From: an uncultured Gammaproteobacteria bacterium
Lineage (GTDB): Bacteria > Patescibacteriota > Patescibacteriia > UBA9934 > GWF2-40-263
Assembly (NCBI GenBank): GCA_964402425.1
Contig: CAYOCD010000003.1
Span: 4,608-68,607, forward strand
Direction: 5' to 3'
DNA length: 64,000 bases
Position numbers and translations under genes: made by a program. The first letter of the stretch is position 1; each line of letters starts with the position of its first letter. Below are positions 54,785 through 64,000 of this stretch, piece after piece. Below the pieces are notes generated by a model. It ran no database searches. It had not been told where the DNA came from and was given only the letters and a program-made list of their open reading frames with translations.

Positions 54785-55342
54785 TTATGGAGCGAGAAAA
54801 ATCGGCAAGATGAATTGATCATCAAATGTTGATTCCCCAGATGGATTATCTTTTTGAAAAATCAACGAATACATTCCCACCATGTCCAACCGTTGATCCC
54901 CTGCGACTTCAAATGTGATCTCCCCGTTGAATGGAACAAAATCTGTTGTCATCCAATCACCGTCTGCCTGCATGATCTCTGTTGCAATGAGTTCTCCTGC
55001 TGGATTTAAAAGCTTCACCGGAAAACTCGCCTCAAAAAACCATGTTCCGCGCGCACGACCCGCAATCTTACAGGTCGTCTTTGGAGACTGAAGATAACAA
55101 ACGGGAACAGATGAATTTTCATCTGTACGCGGCAATGTTATTTCAAGAAGATCTTTGTAAGACATTGGGGGTGTTTCTTGTGTAGGTGTTGGGGTTTCCG
55201 CTCGCAATGCCGTTTCATCCGTTACGGGTCTTATTTGTGCAAAACGCGTTACATTCATACGATAGACAAACAACCCAACGGGGACTAAACTCAACATGAT
55301 CAAAATGAAAATATATACACGTTGTTTGTGATTCATATACAA
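54785..55342 (-). CDS. Membrane-anchored hypothetical protein, possibly a Gmad2-type Ig-like domain
   Basis: N-terminal TM; a beta-rich C-terminal domain (WFFEASFPVKLLNPAGELIA...GEITFEV). The family assignment is tentative. Confidence 0.4.
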   Translation of the reverse strand: MYMNHKQRVYIFILIMLSLVPVGLFVYRMNVTRFAQIRPVTDETALRAETPTPTQETPPMSYKDLLEITLPRTDENSSVPVCYLQSPKTTCKIAGRARGTWFFEASFPVKLLNPAGELIATEIMQADGDWMTTDFVPFNGEITFEVAGDQRLDMVGMYSLIFQKDNPSGESTFDDQFILPIFLAP

Positions 55343-55372
55343 ACATCATACAATATCCATACTCAATCGCCT

Positions 55373-56503
55373 ATGTCATCCCCTATCAAAACACGTGCCA
55401 TCTCCTTTTTATATCGTTTTGTCCTCAAGCCAATCTTGTTTCGTTTTGATGCACAAGATGTTCATGATTCTATGACGTTTTTTGGTGCACAACTTGGCAA
55501 ACAAAAATGTTTCCGAACCCTCACATCCCTCTCATTCAATTTCAAAAACGCATCACTGCATCAAACAATTCTTGGAATCGATTTCAAAAATCCCATCGGT
55601 CTTTCTGCAGGTTTTGATTATCGCGCACAACTCACAGAAATTCTTCCGTCCATCGGAATGGGATATGGCACTGTCGGAACCATCTCAAACAAACCCTATA
55701 ACGGAAATCCAAAACCTATGCTCGGACGTCTCCCAAAATCAAAATCACTTTTGGTGAACAAAGGATTTAAAAATGACGGAATCGACGCACTCATAAAACA
55801 GCACCAAGGAAAAACGTTTTCTATTCCCATTGGTCTCTCTCTCGGAAAAACAAATCAAAAAGAACCCATGACACAAGAAGAAGCCGTTCAAGATGTTGTT
55901 AACGCATTTAAAAAAGCCGTAAACGCAAATCTTTCCTTTTCGTATTTCGAACTCAATATCTCTTGCCCAAACTTGATCGGAAACATTTCTTTTTATCCCA
56001 CAGAAAATCTCAAACAATTATTAACCGCTCTCGCAACCATACAGATCCATAAACCCATCTTCATCAAAATGCCCATCACGGAAACAGATGAAGCAACAAG
56101 ATCCATGCTCAAGACCATCGAACCATTCCCTTTCATCAAAGGGGTCATTTTCGGAAATCTTTGGAAAGACCGCTCGAGTTCTGATTTTGATACGGAAGAA
56201 ATCACCAAAGCAACCAAAGGAAACTTTTCCGGAAAGCCAACATTTACTCGATCAAATGAACTCATTGCCCTTGCCTACAAAGAATTCGGTCATCGATTTG
56301 TTGTTATCGGATGTGGGGGTGTCTTCAGCGCAGAAGATGCATATAAAAAAATTCGCCTTGGTGCATCCCTTGTTCAAATGATTACAGGCATGATTTATGA
56401 AGGTCCACAAGTTGTGGGAGAGATCAATCGTGGACTTGTTGCGTTTTTGAAACGAGATGGGTTTGTGGCTATTTCAGATGCGATTGGAGTTGATGTGAAA
56501 TAA
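55373..56503 (+). CDS. pyrD: Dihydroorotate dehydrogenase (class 2-like)
   Basis: GLSAGFD, LNISCPN, GNLWKD...GKP, VIGCGGV are DHOD family motifs. Start taken at MSSPIKTR. Confidence 0.8.
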   Translation: MSSPIKTRAISFLYRFVLKPILFRFDAQDVHDSMTFFGAQLGKQKCFRTLTSLSFNFKNASLHQTILGIDFKNPIGLSAGFDYRAQLTEILPSIGMGYGTVGTISNKPYNGNPKPMLGRLPKSKSLLVNKGFKNDGIDALIKQHQGKTFSIPIGLSLGKTNQKEPMTQEEAVQDVVNAFKKAVNANLSFSYFELNISCPNLIGNISFYPTENLKQLLTALATIQIHKPIFIKMPITETDEATRSMLKTIEPFPFIKGVIFGNLWKDRSSSDFDTEEITKATKGNFSGKPTFTRSNELIALAYKEFGHRFVVIGCGGVFSAEDAYKKIRLGASLVQMITGMIYEGPQVVGEINRGLVAFLKRDGFVAISDAIGVDVK

Positions 56504-56526
56504 AAAAAGACCTCACAAGAGGTCAG
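56504..56526 (-). terminator. Terminator after tdk (gacctcttgtgaggtc plus a T-run on the minus strand)
   Basis: Seen directly. Confidence 0.5.
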
Positions 56527-57116
56527 GAAGAGAGAGGATCGATTCTCATCGAATCGCTGGAATGAACAACGCCATTTGGCGGAACGAAGCACCGAAAACA
56601 GCGCGGTTCGTATTTGTCTTCGCCACCAACTTCTTCTACAGTCTGATTGTCTGTAAGACGTTGTGAGCGCGTCCCCTCAAGACTTCTGCATTGTGCGCAG
56701 ACAGCCTTAAGTTTATGGACATCATTTGCAAGACTCATCATCTTTGCCACAACAACAAACGGCTCTTCACGAAAATCAAGGTCAAGTCCTGCGACTAAAA
56801 CACGTTTTTCCATTCGCAAGAGCTGTTTGATCACATCGATCAGATCTTCTTCAAAGAACTGCGCTTCATCAAAACCAATCCATTCATATGCATCAAGCAC
56901 ATGATCAAAAATCGCCGATGCACCTGAAATGAAAATAGTGTCCCCCGTAAACTCACTTCCAGAACGAACCTTACGCGTGTCTTTTGTGGGTCGAACAAGA
57001 AGAACTTGAATGTGCGCAATACGCCCGAGTTCCAATTGCCCAATCAAGGCACGTGATTTACCGGACCACATGGAACCGGTATACACGATCAATTCCGGAA
57101 TCTGTGGACTTCTCAT
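56523..57116 (-). CDS. tdk: Thymidine kinase
   Basis: P-loop YTGSMWSGKS, IGFDEAQFF, and the C-terminal Zn ribbon CAQC...CFRC. Confidence 0.85.
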   Translation of the reverse strand: MRSPQIPELIVYTGSMWSGKSRALIGQLELGRIAHIQVLLVRPTKDTRKVRSGSEFTGDTIFISGASAIFDHVLDAYEWIGFDEAQFFEEDLIDVIKQLLRMEKRVLVAGLDLDFREEPFVVVAKMMSLANDVHKLKAVCAQCRSLEGTRSQRLTDNQTVEEVGGEDKYEPRCFRCFVPPNGVVHSSDSMRIDPLSS

Positions 57117-57307
57117 TTGGATCCTCCAGCACATAGCCGCGATCATTATAACGCATCAAGTTCAAAACACCTGTGGACAAAAATCCTTCACGCCCCTCCG
57201 ATTTTTTAGACCTTGCACCTCTTTACAACTTATGGCATTCTATTCTCTAGCCAGCCCTGTTCGTCGTAATAGGACGGTGTCATTAATTATTGTGTCTTGT
57301 TTCTATT

Positions 57308-57571
57308 ATGAACAACAAGCTTTTCGTAGGCAGCATTCCTTGGAAAACAACGGAAGATGACCTTCGCGCCGCATTCGGCGAATTCGGAACAGTCGTTTCA
57401 GCTCGTATTATCACAGATAAATTCACAGGCAAGAGTCGCGGATTTGGCTTTGTGGAAATGTCGAATGATGAAGAAGCGCAAGCGGTTATTGCAGGTCTTG
57501 ATGGAAAAGATTTTCAAGGACGCCCAATTGCTATTTCCGTTGCACGTCCAATGGAAAACAAAGCAGCATAA
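57308..57571 (+). CDS. RRM-type RNA-binding protein
   Basis: RNP-2 LFVGSI and RNP-1 SRGFGFVEM. Confidence 0.8.
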   Translation: MNNKLFVGSIPWKTTEDDLRAAFGEFGTVVSARIITDKFTGKSRGFGFVEMSNDEEAQAVIAGLDGKDFQGRPIAISVARPMENKAA

Positions 57572-57581
57572 TAGTACACCA

Positions 57582-57615
57582 AAAAAAACACTCCGCCTTG
57601 GCGGAGTGTTTTTAT
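57582..57615 (+). terminator. Rho-independent terminator (cactccgccttggcggagtg plus a T-run)
   Basis: Seen directly. Confidence 0.65.
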
Positions 57616-57616
57616 A

Positions 57617-57645
57617 TTGACATCTTCTAAAAATCATTTTATGCT
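57617..57645 (+). promoter_or_regulatory. Promoter (TTGACA, 17-nt spacer, TATGCT)
   Basis: TTGACAtcttctaaaaatcatttTATGCT. Confidence 0.45.
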
Positions 57646-57675
57646 TTCGTCTTCGTTCTTTTCAAAGAGGTGCAA

Positions 57676-58321
57676 TTTGGAACTAAAACAACTGTTTATG
57701 TACCCAGTTGGGGCCTATCTTCTTGCGCATGATGCCACAACACAACAATGGGTAGGAGCGTTTTGTTGGAGCGGTGAACAAATCTTTCGTGTCATGAGCA
57801 AATGGAATATCTCCACTGATCAAAGCATGGAAATAACCACCAGACTTAATAAACCTGAGTTTGCTCTTGTTCCAAAAACAAACGTGCGTCAACCTATCTA
57901 TATCGATGGAATGATCGCTATGCGTATTGCACAACAGTTTGATCATGTTAACACCCTTTATCAGATAGGGGTCGGAAAGCAACTCGCTGCATTCCCTCCT
58001 ATTCCACCAGAACAAATCATCGTCTGTGTTGTTGACATGGACACACAGACAGATCGAGCTGCCGCTCTTTTCTACACAGATCCCGCAGGAACGCCAAACA
58101 TGGTGATTATCCGCAATCAACTTCAAAGTCTCACAGTCCTCTCGTTTGATTGGATGGATGAAGAGCAAAAAGCTTCTTGTCAAAACCATTTGAAACATCT
58201 TCCTGTAATGGGAGATGATGATCTCGAAGTTCCCATCCTTGTTCAAGGAGAAATCGTCAAACTCTTGATTGCCAGCTTTGTCACTCACAACACAATAGCG
58301 TCCGTCAATCAACACAGCTAA
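57676..58321 (+). CDS. Hypothetical protein, paralog A of the 60663 gene
   Basis: Shared blocks: YPVGAYLLAHD...GAFCWSGEQI vs YPTGTFLLGRD...GVFCWSAEQI; AAALFYTDPAGTP vs EAALLFYITPKGE. The start is ambiguous (TTG after AGAGGT, or the ATG at 57697). A terminator follows. Confidence 0.5.
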
Positions 58322-58350
58322 CGCAACAGCCGCAACGGCTGTTTTTTATT
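58322..58350 (+). terminator. Rho-independent terminator (acagccgcaacggctgt plus a T-run)
   Basis: Seen directly. Confidence 0.6.
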
Positions 58351-58411
58351 GACGTAATATGGTTCTTCTGTTTAAATCCATCGTCGATCAACACGACAAG
58401 AGGACATCAAC

Positions 58412-59155
58412 ATGCATCGCATCTTGGATCTCGGCAAACAAAAGCCATACGATAAAGAACCACCAAACGCATGGGTGTTTCGCGTCCTTGATCTGGATCC
58501 GAAAGACTCCTCCGGAAAAGAACTTCGATCGTACGGTGGCCGATTGTATTATGGATTTCCACACGCATCCATCCAATCCTTTACTTGTCTGCGCAATTGT
58601 TCGTATGAGGTTCAATTAGCCATTGAATCATGGATGGAGTTTACATCTGTTCCAGATGATCATTCCCGCGCCGCACTCATCGTCATTTTGGATCAAGATG
58701 AAAGAGCAATCTTGCTACAACGGAAGGATCTGAGGCACCCAAATCCTGCGTGCCGTGGACGCTATTCCCTTTTTGGCGGCTCGCCACACATTGGAGAAAC
58801 GATTCATCACGCCGCTCTTCGCGAACTTCTAGAAGAAATTCGCGAACCAGAATTGGAACGGTATTTAGATCAAATGAAACATGTCGATGATCTGATTCTA
58901 GATTCTGTTCAATGGCCAGGAGAATTTGTTGCTTCGATCTTTTTCTTACCCCTCCCAAACACGATATTCATGAAGCTTGCGATTCGAGTCGCCTTTCAAA
59001 ACAATGTATCCGAATCTGTCGGTGCACTAATCACCCGAACAGAGTTCAATCAAATTCTTTGGTCACAAGAAATTCACGAACCCGGACATCACTTTGTTGC
59101 CTCACATCATCTGGCAATTGAGCGAGTGCTCGTCTCACTCTCACATGATTCGTAA
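58412..59155 (+). CDS. Nudix-hydrolase domain protein with an N-terminal extension
   Basis: Nudix box GSPHIGETIHHAALRELLEEI (Gx5Ex7REuxEE, with the last Gly replaced). TTGACG-17-TTAAAT promoter, AGAGGA SD, and its own terminator. Confidence 0.55.
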   Translation: MHRILDLGKQKPYDKEPPNAWVFRVLDLDPKDSSGKELRSYGGRLYYGFPHASIQSFTCLRNCSYEVQLAIESWMEFTSVPDDHSRAALIVILDQDERAILLQRKDLRHPNPACRGRYSLFGGSPHIGETIHHAALRELLEEIREPELERYLDQMKHVDDLILDSVQWPGEFVASIFFLPLPNTIFMKLAIRVAFQNNVSESVGALITRTEFNQILWSQEIHEPGHHFVASHHLAIERVLVSLSHDS

Positions 59156-59210
59156 ATCCCATACACTCACCACTGTTTCAAAAGAAACGGTGTTTTTTTA
59201 TTTTATTTGA
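59156..59210 (+). terminator. Rho-independent terminator (caccactgtttc aaaa gaaacggtg plus a T-run)
   Basis: Seen directly. Confidence 0.55.
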
Positions 59211-59321
59211 CCATGTAAGCAACAGAGAATCCTTCCGACCTCCATTGACAAAAACAAGTTCTCGTCTTATTGTGTTGCGTCGCTTGTTCTTTCTCTTTCA
59301 AACAACCTTACAGGAGGTTTT

Positions 59322-59909
59322 GTGAGCACACCCCAAAATATTTTGCTTGTTGTTCAAACACCAGATCATGAAGGTACTGGCCATGAATTCCTTGTAGGAA
59401 GGATGGACTTCGCCAAGTTTGATCGAAACGTGTGGGAAAAAGGAAAATCAGACGAACTGATTCTTGCTCTTGCCCTCATGAAACAACAAGGGGTCGGTCA
59501 CTGCCGCGCTGAAATTGACGTAGGAACATTTGTTCAATCCATGCAAGAAAGAAACGATGACGTTGAGCGAGTTAAGCTTGATTTCGCCCTTCCCACTCCA
59601 GATGAAGTTGCAAATGCAGCCTTGCGCAGGGACAGAGCGATTATTGCGAAACAAATCACTAATTTCGAAATGCGCATTGATGGGTGCAATAAATTCATTG
59701 CCTCCACAGAAGCCAAATTGGAAGCATATCGTACGCACCTCAAGCAACCGAACCTCCTCGTCGGAATTCGCCTTCATTACGAACACGTATTGATTGCAGA
59801 CAAAATAACAGATCTCCATGTCGTGCGAAACGAACAGAAACAAACCTATCAGAATCTGAAACGAGCACTCGCTTTGCAAAAGCGACTAAATGACAAAAAA
59901 GAGACCTGA
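59322..59909 (+). CDS. Hypothetical protein (GTG start after a perfect AGGAGG)
   Basis: TTGACA-17-TATTGT promoter at ~59244-59272; SD AGGAGGtttt then GTG; a terminator follows. Confidence 0.5.
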   Translation: MSTPQNILLVVQTPDHEGTGHEFLVGRMDFAKFDRNVWEKGKSDELILALALMKQQGVGHCRAEIDVGTFVQSMQERNDDVERVKLDFALPTPDEVANAALRRDRAIIAKQITNFEMRIDGCNKFIASTEAKLEAYRTHLKQPNLLVGIRLHYEHVLIADKITDLHVVRNEQKQTYQNLKRALALQKRLNDKKET

Positions 59910-60029
59910 CAAATTCAAATCTTTCGTTCTTCATCACTCATACATTGAGTGATTTTTCTTTTTACTGTTCTTTGACACAAACAAAAAACATCGATACTGT
60001 CATCCCAGAGAAACAACACGAGGTGTCGT

Positions 60030-60566
60030 ATGATTTCGCCCTGGATCTCTCTTCTGTATTTGTGTCTCGCGATTATTGGTTCCATCTTTCTTGCTCGTTA
60101 TCTATCAAGAAAGTCCTTTCCAAAATTACGAAACACAGAAAATTCAAAGAAGGCATTTATCAATTACAACTGGAATGGGCTCATAGTGCAATTTAACGCA
60201 ACACATAAAGATCTCAACGCAGATCGTCTTGATCGTGCCTATAAGGTCTATCACCGCATCATGGTTCTCGCCTACCACAGAAACCTCCTCAGAGAAGAAG
60301 GAGATCCTCATGTACATCGCATCGCACCATTCGATAAAGATGTAGACATGTTCTGGCGACTTCACGCTTCTCAACCAGACTACGATGCGTGGTGCGAAGC
60401 GTGCTTTGGTGGTCAGATGCGTCCTCGTGTCGAAACCTATGAAGAACCTTTGTGGCAAACACTCGAAGAACGTCAAGCAACAAAACTTGCCTATAAAAAG
60501 AAATACGGTCTCCTCTCAAACACAAATTCAGATGACGGTTTCATTCCACCTGTCATCGTTGTATAA
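60030..60566 (+). CDS. Hypothetical membrane-anchored protein
   Basis: N-terminal TM; GAGGTG SD; TTGACA-17-TACTGT promoter; its own terminator (cacgtccatcgggacgtg plus a T-run). Confidence 0.5.
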   Translation: MISPWISLLYLCLAIIGSIFLARYLSRKSFPKLRNTENSKKAFINYNWNGLIVQFNATHKDLNADRLDRAYKVYHRIMVLAYHRNLLREEGDPHVHRIAPFDKDVDMFWRLHASQPDYDAWCEACFGGQMRPRVETYEEPLWQTLEERQATKLAYKKKYGLLSNTNSDDGFIPPVIVV

Positions 60567-60662
60567 ACTCTTCACGTCCATCGGGACGTGTTTTTTTATC
60601 CATCACTTTGACAGGACAAACAGATCTGATAACGTCTCTGCTACACATCTCGAGGTCTTCTC

Positions 60663-61292
60663 ATGCAACTCGTGAATGCGCACATTTACCCAACGGGAAC
60701 TTTTTTGCTGGGCCGCGATCGTAAAAATACTCCACACGGAGTCTTTTGCTGGAGCGCGGAGCAAATTGCCCTCATTGCAAGTGACTGGCGACTCACACAA
60801 AAAGACGAAAGACGTCTTGGAGAAATTCTCTTAAAAGAAGAGATTTCGATAACAGCAAATCAAGAGCCGCAGCTGATACACGGAATTGGTGCCGCGCTTA
60901 TCGATGAGCAATTCAAAACCCTGCAAAACATACGCGATATAACAAAGCCAGGAACAACCATTCCTCTTACACGGGCCCAAATCTACCACCAAGTCCTTTC
61001 GCATAAACCGCAAGAACAAGAAGCAGCTCTTCTGTTCTACATCACCCCAAAAGGTGAAGCCACACTTGCTCACATACGAACACAAGACCAAGCTGCTGAA
61101 TTGTTCATGTGGGAAGATTGGATGCAAGAAAGTGGAGTCGAGATCATTCACAGCGCGATGTGCATTCTTCCTGAAAACGATCGATTCAATCAACACATTA
61201 CATTCGTATGTGGGGATCTGATTCAACAGCTCATTACGGCACAGGTCATTTACCGACAATTCTTTCCCGAGGACTCAACCGCCAAAAACTAG
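60663..61292 (+). CDS. Hypothetical protein, paralog B of the 57676 gene
   Basis: See paralog A. GAGGT SD 5 nt upstream; TTGACA-16-TAACGT promoter; a terminator follows. Confidence 0.5.
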   Translation: MQLVNAHIYPTGTFLLGRDRKNTPHGVFCWSAEQIALIASDWRLTQKDERRLGEILLKEEISITANQEPQLIHGIGAALIDEQFKTLQNIRDITKPGTTIPLTRAQIYHQVLSHKPQEQEAALLFYITPKGEATLAHIRTQDQAAELFMWEDWMQESGVEIIHSAMCILPENDRFNQHITFVCGDLIQQLITAQVIYRQFFPEDSTAKN

Positions 61293-61365
61293 GCGGTTTT
61301 TTCTTTATTCAATCCCCCATGGAATCATTGACGAATCTCGTTTTACCTGTTATCCTTCGCCCATT

Positions 61366-63165
61366 ATGAAAGACTTTCGAAATATTGCGATTATCGCTCA
61401 CGTTGACCATGGAAAGACCACGCTTGTGGACGCCATGCTCAAACAGTCCGGAACGTTCAACGAACGTGACGTTATTGAGGTTTGTGTCATGGATTCAAAC
61501 GAACTTGAAAAAGAACGTGGAATTACCATTTACGCAAAAAACACTGCCATTCAAATTGGCGACACAAAAATCAACATTGTTGATACTCCGGGTCACGCAG
61601 ACTTTGGTTCAGAGGTAGAACGCGTTCTCCGTATGGTGGACTCTGTTTTGTTGCTTGTGGACGCCTATGAAGGCCCAATGCCACAAACCAAATTCGTGCT
61701 TCGTAAGTCACTCGCTCTTGGGTTGAAACCGATTGTTGTGATCAACAAAATCGATAAACCATCCGCTCGTCCAGACGTTGTGCTCAACATGATTTTTGAC
61801 TTGTTCGTAGAACTTGGCGCAACAGATGAACAACTCGATTTCAAACATATTTACGCCATTGCGCGTGAAGGTGTTGCAAAAATGGAACTTACAGATGATT
61901 CTAAAGATCTTCAACCACTTTTTGATCTTATCCTCAAAACCGTTCCGCCAGCACAAAACAACACAAACGTCCCAATGCGCATGCAGCCTGCAAACCTTGC
62001 GTATGATTCTTACATCGGACGTCTTGCGGTTGGACGCATTTATGAAGGAACTGTTCGTGCTGGAATGACCGTCACGGTCATTACCCCAGACGGAACACGC
62101 AAAACAAATAAAATTACAAAACTTCTCACAAACAAAGGATTAAACAAGATTGAAGTAGAAGAAGCAGAAGCAGGAGACATCGTTCAGATTGCGGGAATCC
62201 CAGATATTTATGTGGGAGACACCATTGCAGAAAACGCAACCGCAGAACCATTACCAAGTATCGCCATTGACGCTCCAACCTTGAAGATGGACTTCATGGT
62301 GAACAACTCCCCTTTTGCTGGACGTGAAGGAAAACTTGTGACCTCTCGTCAAATTCGCGAACGTTTACTCAAAGAACTTGAAGTCAACGTTGGAATGAAG
62401 ATTGAATTTTCAGATTCCGCAGATGTCTTCACAGTGAGTGGTCGCGGAGAAATGCACTTGTCCATTCTTATTGAACAAATGCGCCGCGAAGGTTTTGAGC
62501 TTCAGGTTTCTCAACCGCGCGTTATCTTCCATGAAGAAAACGGTGTAAAACAAGAACCGATTGAAATCGTTGTTGTAGATGTTCCAGATGCCCTTGCCGG
62601 AATCGTGATCGAACAACTCGGAAAACGCCGTGGAGAAATGCTTAACATGCAATCAGAAAACGGAAGCACACGTTTGGAATATCATGTTCCAACACGCGGA
62701 CTCCTTGGATACTCTTCTGAATTCGTGACAAGTACAAAGGGTGAAGGAACCCTCTCCCACCAATTCGCCCACTATGGCGACTTCAAAGGAGATATTGAAC
62801 GCCGCTCAACCGGATCCATTATCAATGGATTTGACGGTGTGACAACTCCATACGCCCTTGAGGGCCTTGAAGCTCGTGGTGTTCTCTTTGTTGGTGCGGG
62901 TGTAGAAGTTTATGAAGGAATGGTAATTGGAATGTCCATGAAGGACAACATGGTGGTAAACGCCATCCGTGAAAAGAAACTCACCAACATGCGTTCCGCC
63001 GGTGCAGACATGGCCGTAAAACTCACACCAGCTTTGGACATGACTCTTGAACGCGCGCTTGAATACATTGATCATGACGAACTCGTTGAAGTCACACCAA
63101 AAAATGTACGTATTCGCAAAAAATATTTGAAAGAATTTGAACGCAAGAAACACGGCGTTGCGTAA
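61366..63165 (+). CDS. typA: Translational GTPase TypA/BipA
   Basis: NIAIIAHVDHGKTTLVD...DTPGHADF and the BipA-specific C-terminal domain (599 aa). Confidence 0.95.
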   Translation: MKDFRNIAIIAHVDHGKTTLVDAMLKQSGTFNERDVIEVCVMDSNELEKERGITIYAKNTAIQIGDTKINIVDTPGHADFGSEVERVLRMVDSVLLLVDAYEGPMPQTKFVLRKSLALGLKPIVVINKIDKPSARPDVVLNMIFDLFVELGATDEQLDFKHIYAIAREGVAKMELTDDSKDLQPLFDLILKTVPPAQNNTNVPMRMQPANLAYDSYIGRLAVGRIYEGTVRAGMTVTVITPDGTRKTNKITKLLTNKGLNKIEVEEAEAGDIVQIAGIPDIYVGDTIAENATAEPLPSIAIDAPTLKMDFMVNNSPFAGREGKLVTSRQIRERLLKELEVNVGMKIEFSDSADVFTVSGRGEMHLSILIEQMRREGFELQVSQPRVIFHEENGVKQEPIEIVVVDVPDALAGIVIEQLGKRRGEMLNMQSENGSTRLEYHVPTRGLLGYSSEFVTSTKGEGTLSHQFAHYGDFKGDIERRSTGSIINGFDGVTTPYALEGLEARGVLFVGAGVEVYEGMVIGMSMKDNMVVNAIREKKLTNMRSAGADMAVKLTPALDMTLERALEYIDHDELVEVTPKNVRIRKKYLKEFERKKHGVA

Positions 63166-63237
63166 AACAAAACATCCAGTGCATTGAATGCGCTGGATGT
63201 TTTTTTATAAAAAAACAGCGTATACGCTGTTAAGAAC
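63166..63237. terminator. Two back-to-back convergent terminators (catccagtgcattgaatgcgctggatg plus T7 for typA; the palindrome acagcgtatacgctgt plus a T-run on the minus strand for the phosphatase gene)
   Basis: Seen directly. Confidence 0.6.
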
Positions 63238-63837
63238 CTAAAGCTGACCAATGAGCCAATCGCATACTTGAAAATCGCCTTGTGTATGCAATTTACGGAA
63301 GGCACGAAGCCGATCAACAAAAACCGTACGAAGAGCTGTTCCATGTCCGACAAGAACAATCGTGGGGTACTCGTCGCAACATTGTTGCTGTAAACGAAAT
63401 GCTTCATTGTCGATCGTTCGCATGACACGAAATGCAACATCATCTGCGCACTCTCCACCAATGTCTTGATAATCATAATGTGCATGACTGGATCGATGCC
63501 GACGTTCTGGAAATGAAACAAGCGCGTCCGCTTTCGTCATGCCTGTCATGCGACCCATATAGACCTCCCGCAATTCTTCCGAGGACACAATCAACGGAAG
63601 CTCTTTGCAGGCACGAGCAATCTCATGTGCAACCGAACAAGAACGTAATAAATCTGAACTCAGAATCTGTTTCACAATAAACAATGAGGCGATCTTTTGC
63701 GCGAGCTGACGCGCTTGTTCTAAACCGACTTCATTCAACAACACATCGTTCTGTCCAGAATAGATGTTCTGAACATTATCGTCTGTTTGCGTATGACGAC
63801 AAATCACTAAACGAACTCGAGCTTCACGTCCAGGCAT
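63238..63837 (-). CDS. Histidine phosphatase family protein (phosphoglycerate-mutase-like)
   Basis: LVICRHTQTDDN is an RHG-type catalytic motif, with a second His in LVGHGTALR. Confidence 0.7.
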   Translation of the reverse strand: MPGREARVRLVICRHTQTDDNVQNIYSGQNDVLLNEVGLEQARQLAQKIASLFIVKQILSSDLLRSCSVAHEIARACKELPLIVSSEELREVYMGRMTGMTKADALVSFPERRHRSSHAHYDYQDIGGECADDVAFRVMRTIDNEAFRLQQQCCDEYPTIVLVGHGTALRTVFVDRLRAFRKLHTQGDFQVCDWLIGQL

Positions 63838-63950
63838 GGAACCCTCCTTTTTGGTTGCCGCCGCATCTTAGCAAACTGCACAAAAAGTGCAAAACAAAAA
63901 ACTCCCAACACAGAAGGGCTGAGAGCAGAAGAGATGTGTAAAACACATCC

Positions 63951-64000
63951 TTAGCTGAGATCTTTTTCATCCGGATCCTTGAGCGTTTCTTCGTCCTCAG
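63951..64000 (-). CDS. 3' end of an unidentified gene that continues beyond the window (acidic C-terminus ...EDEETLKDPDEKDLS)
   Basis: Open frame running off the window end, with a stop at ~63951. Only 16 codons are visible. Confidence 0.2.
   Translation of the reverse strand, partial: EDEETLKDPDEKDLS

Noticed and set aside
63684-63941. 85-aa plus-strand ORF near the window end
   Set aside because: It mostly overlaps the well-supported histidine-phosphatase gene on the opposite strand and has no SD or promoter.

Overview
This 64 kb window reads as an AT-rich (~40-43% GC), gene-dense bacterial chromosome segment. The gene content and the general lack of Shine-Dalgarno sequences would fit a small-genome Patescibacteria/CPR-like organism, but that is an inference, not something the sequence proves. 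I could not verify two of the ORF-track coordinates by hand-indexing the sequence lines: the minus-strand CDS ending at 25644, where the expected stop codon lies one base earlier (25643-25645) than the track's end, and the 38553..39023 ORF, whose start reads as GTG rather than ATG. My own RNA and regulatory coordinates may therefore be off by 1-2 nt.

Left third of the window:
- ligA 5' part on the minus strand, partial at the window edge.
- A small type IV pilus module: XRE-family HTH regulator, pilin-like gene, CheY-like receiver, pilM.
- rnhA, a C39-like peptidase, recJ, lepA, an SNF2/SWIM helicase, a beta-CASP MBL RNase.
- A VKOR + membrane-anchored thioredoxin pair, and two tandem paralogous 6-TM half-size MFS-like genes.
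- dusB, followed by a GC-rich ORF-poor stretch at about 18.4-19.2 kb.

Middle:
- tRNA-Gln(CUG), ftsX/ftsE, tRNA-Thr(CGU), a sortase overlapping a DUF11-repeat surface-protein gene.
- A fragmented division/cell-wall cluster: parvulin PPIase, FtsB-like, PH-domain protein, murE, SLT transglycosylase, murD, GT2, tRNA-Lys(UUU), murG, ftsW, mraY.
- A NifU-like gene, rpmA, then a very GC-rich two-gene membrane-protein island with strong SD sequences, then pyrG, rplI, bcp, a DUF378 gene.

Right third:
- pgi and a surface-glycan locus: O-antigen-ligase/TPR fusion, several GT2/GT4 genes, a SAM methyltransferase, a polyprenyl-phosphate sugar transferase.
- Glycerate kinase, pyrD, tdk, an RRM RNA-binding protein.
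- Five monocistronic hypothetical genes (one Nudix, one paralogous pair), each with a textbook promoter, SD and terminator.
- typA/bipA and a histidine phosphatase.

The main oddities are in the findings:
- All three tRNA genes sit behind long, hairpin-rich leaders; one carries a partial duplicate of the tRNA 5' half.
- Two GC-rich, SD-using islands look horizontally acquired; one carries a candidate structured RNA and a 48-aa ORF.
- The tandem half-MFS genes, the sortase with no membrane anchor, and the five-gene hypothetical cluster.

I found no CRISPR array, transposase or integrase.
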